Assembly (NCBI GenBank): GCA_002104905.1
Contig: MCFE01000669.1
Span: 1 to 47,809, forward strand
Origin: Basidiobolus meristosporus CBS 931.73
Lineage: Eukaryota > Fungi > Basidiobolomycota
Direction: 5' to 3'
DNA: 47,809 nt
Shown here: one piece after another, positions 46,510 through 47,809 of the stretch
Position numbering within the stretch: position 1 is the first letter of the stretch
How the letters are laid out: the number at the start of each line of letters is the position of its first letter
Translations under genes and position numbers: made by a program
Notes under the pieces: model-generated
The model's database searches: none
What the model saw: only the letters and a program-made list of their open reading frames with translations
What the model was told of the DNA's origin: nothing

Positions 46510-46851
46510 TTAAATGACGTGGAGCAAAAACGGCGAGATATCCGGCGAGACAAGGTTCGAACCGGCGGGTAGTGCTTGGGGAAGAGCGGTCGATAGCAAG
46601 TGCTTCTTTTGTGCAACTTGATTGTGTACGGGAACTGCTCTCTTGAGAGCAAATCCTTGGAGACGTAGGAGGGTTACTGAATTTAACGGGACTGTAGAAC
46701 TTTGCTGTTCTTTGCGCCGACAAATCTCACTGCAATACAAGCCACCCTACGAAAATACTGAGTATATGCCCAAGGCAATGACGAAAGGACTTCCGGCACT
46801 TACCAAGGAGTTGAGATGCTTATCACAGACAATGCACCAGTCAGAGTCCAT
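46510..46851 (-). CDS. Ecl1/2/3-family zinc-binding protein, 94 aa; exons 46851-46804 and 46746-46510
   Basis: The spliced N-terminus is MDSDWCIVCDKHLNSLGGLYCSEICRRKE (C-x2-C...LYCS..CR signature). The 57-nt intron is GTAAGT...TAG. Confidence 0.85.
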
Positions 46852-47212
46852 TATACAGGGAAATGGATGTGGTATTAACAGCTAAACCGTGGGCAGGCTA
46901 GAAGCAAGCGTAGGAAGGGAGGAGCCAGGGTATTTATGGAAATCCATTGATTGGCCAACTCGGCCGCAATGTATACAGCAATTAGTGTGCGTCGCAAATA
47001 CCATAGTGGAAGATGCTGCTTAAGTTTTGAAATTAAATGTGGGTCAGTGATTTGACGATTCCTTCGCACCCAGTTGTATCATGACTGGTTTATAATATAT
47101 TATCCATCAGCATGTAATCACTCTCCAGCTGCACGATCTTCTGTCTGATAAATGCAATGTTTTATTGATACATAAGTAATGAATTCTTGTCTATGACAGA
47201 GCGATGAATATA

Positions 47213-47671
47213 TTATTCTGCTTTAGCCGAGGAAAGGAAATCTTTGGCGCTGATGGGTGGTAGCGATCTTCTCGTACGATGCGAAACGTAGGGCTTGAAC
47301 TGCAACCAAAAGAGTTGTTAGGTCCGAGAAATCTCCTCTAGGCACGAATAGCATTACCTGGCAATCGGTGAGATCGGGAACCACGTATGTGCGAACCTTG
47401 TTGTAGTCAATGATATAGCCACCTAAAGTACCACGACTGTCAGAACTCTCTGTTGCGACCGGCAAGACTCTTCACCAACTTACCATGTTTAGTATGACGA
47501 CCCATTGCTCCACTACCCTTACCTACGATACGCTCAATTAGTACACTTCAGTTCGAATCAATGCTCGAGCTGGTGAAGAATCCTGAACCTTTGTAGTAGT
47601 TTATGGCCTCTCTTGGAGGTCATGGGGTCTCTTCTGGCACCACGGCATATAGCTCTAACGACTCCGAACAT
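47213..47671 (-). CDS. Mitochondrial ribosomal protein mL41 (yeast MRPL27-like), 4 exons (47671-47589, 47522-47484, 47422-47358, 47299-47213), with one extra base in exon 1
   Basis: RGARRDPMTSKRGH[N][40 protein letters not shown]. The exons total 274 nt (1 over 273). Confidence 0.88.
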
Positions 47672-47809
47672 GGTTGATACTGTTCAGGCTATTTCCGAAT
47701 TGGATACTTAACAATGGTAGTAAAATTTTTCAGCACAGATGTATCAGAACCAAGCCGGCACCAGAGTCAAATCGAGAAAAATCTTTTGATTGAATTTTTT
47801 CAAATTTAT

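Noticed and set aside
1-47809. tRNA, rRNA or snRNA genes
   Set aside because: None recognised by eye. The PBS matches are tRNA-complementary sites, not genes.

Overview
Eukaryotic (fungal) genomic DNA in two sharply separated compartments. About 1-37,900 is a nested, almost CpG-free transposon graveyard. It holds Ty1/copia elements with a half-tRNA-iMet PBS, a chromodomain-less Ty3 family with 4-bp TSDs, six solo LTRs of two related families that sit at CpG-centred 4-mers, CACTA-like transposase relics, and an IS5/Harbinger-like family with MITE and foldback derivatives. About 37,900-47,809 is a CpG-normal, compact gene island with short introns (56-82 nt). It encodes a two-finger GATA factor with an AreA-type N-terminal motif, a 52-aa ORF that is essentially a stand-alone PP1-docking module, FAD synthetase, a GAD/CSAD-type PLP decarboxylase, a short/branched-chain acyl-CoA dehydrogenase, an Ecl1-like zinc protein, and mitoribosomal mL41 with a 1-nt frameshift. 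Gene style and TE load suggest a large-genome early-diverging fungus such as an entomophthoralean; this is inference only. The best leads are the PP1-docking microprotein, a telomerase-template-like motif with flanking helices just upstream of it on the same strand (speculative), the context-biased CpG erasure, and CpG-centred LTR targeting. All alignments and counts were done by eye.
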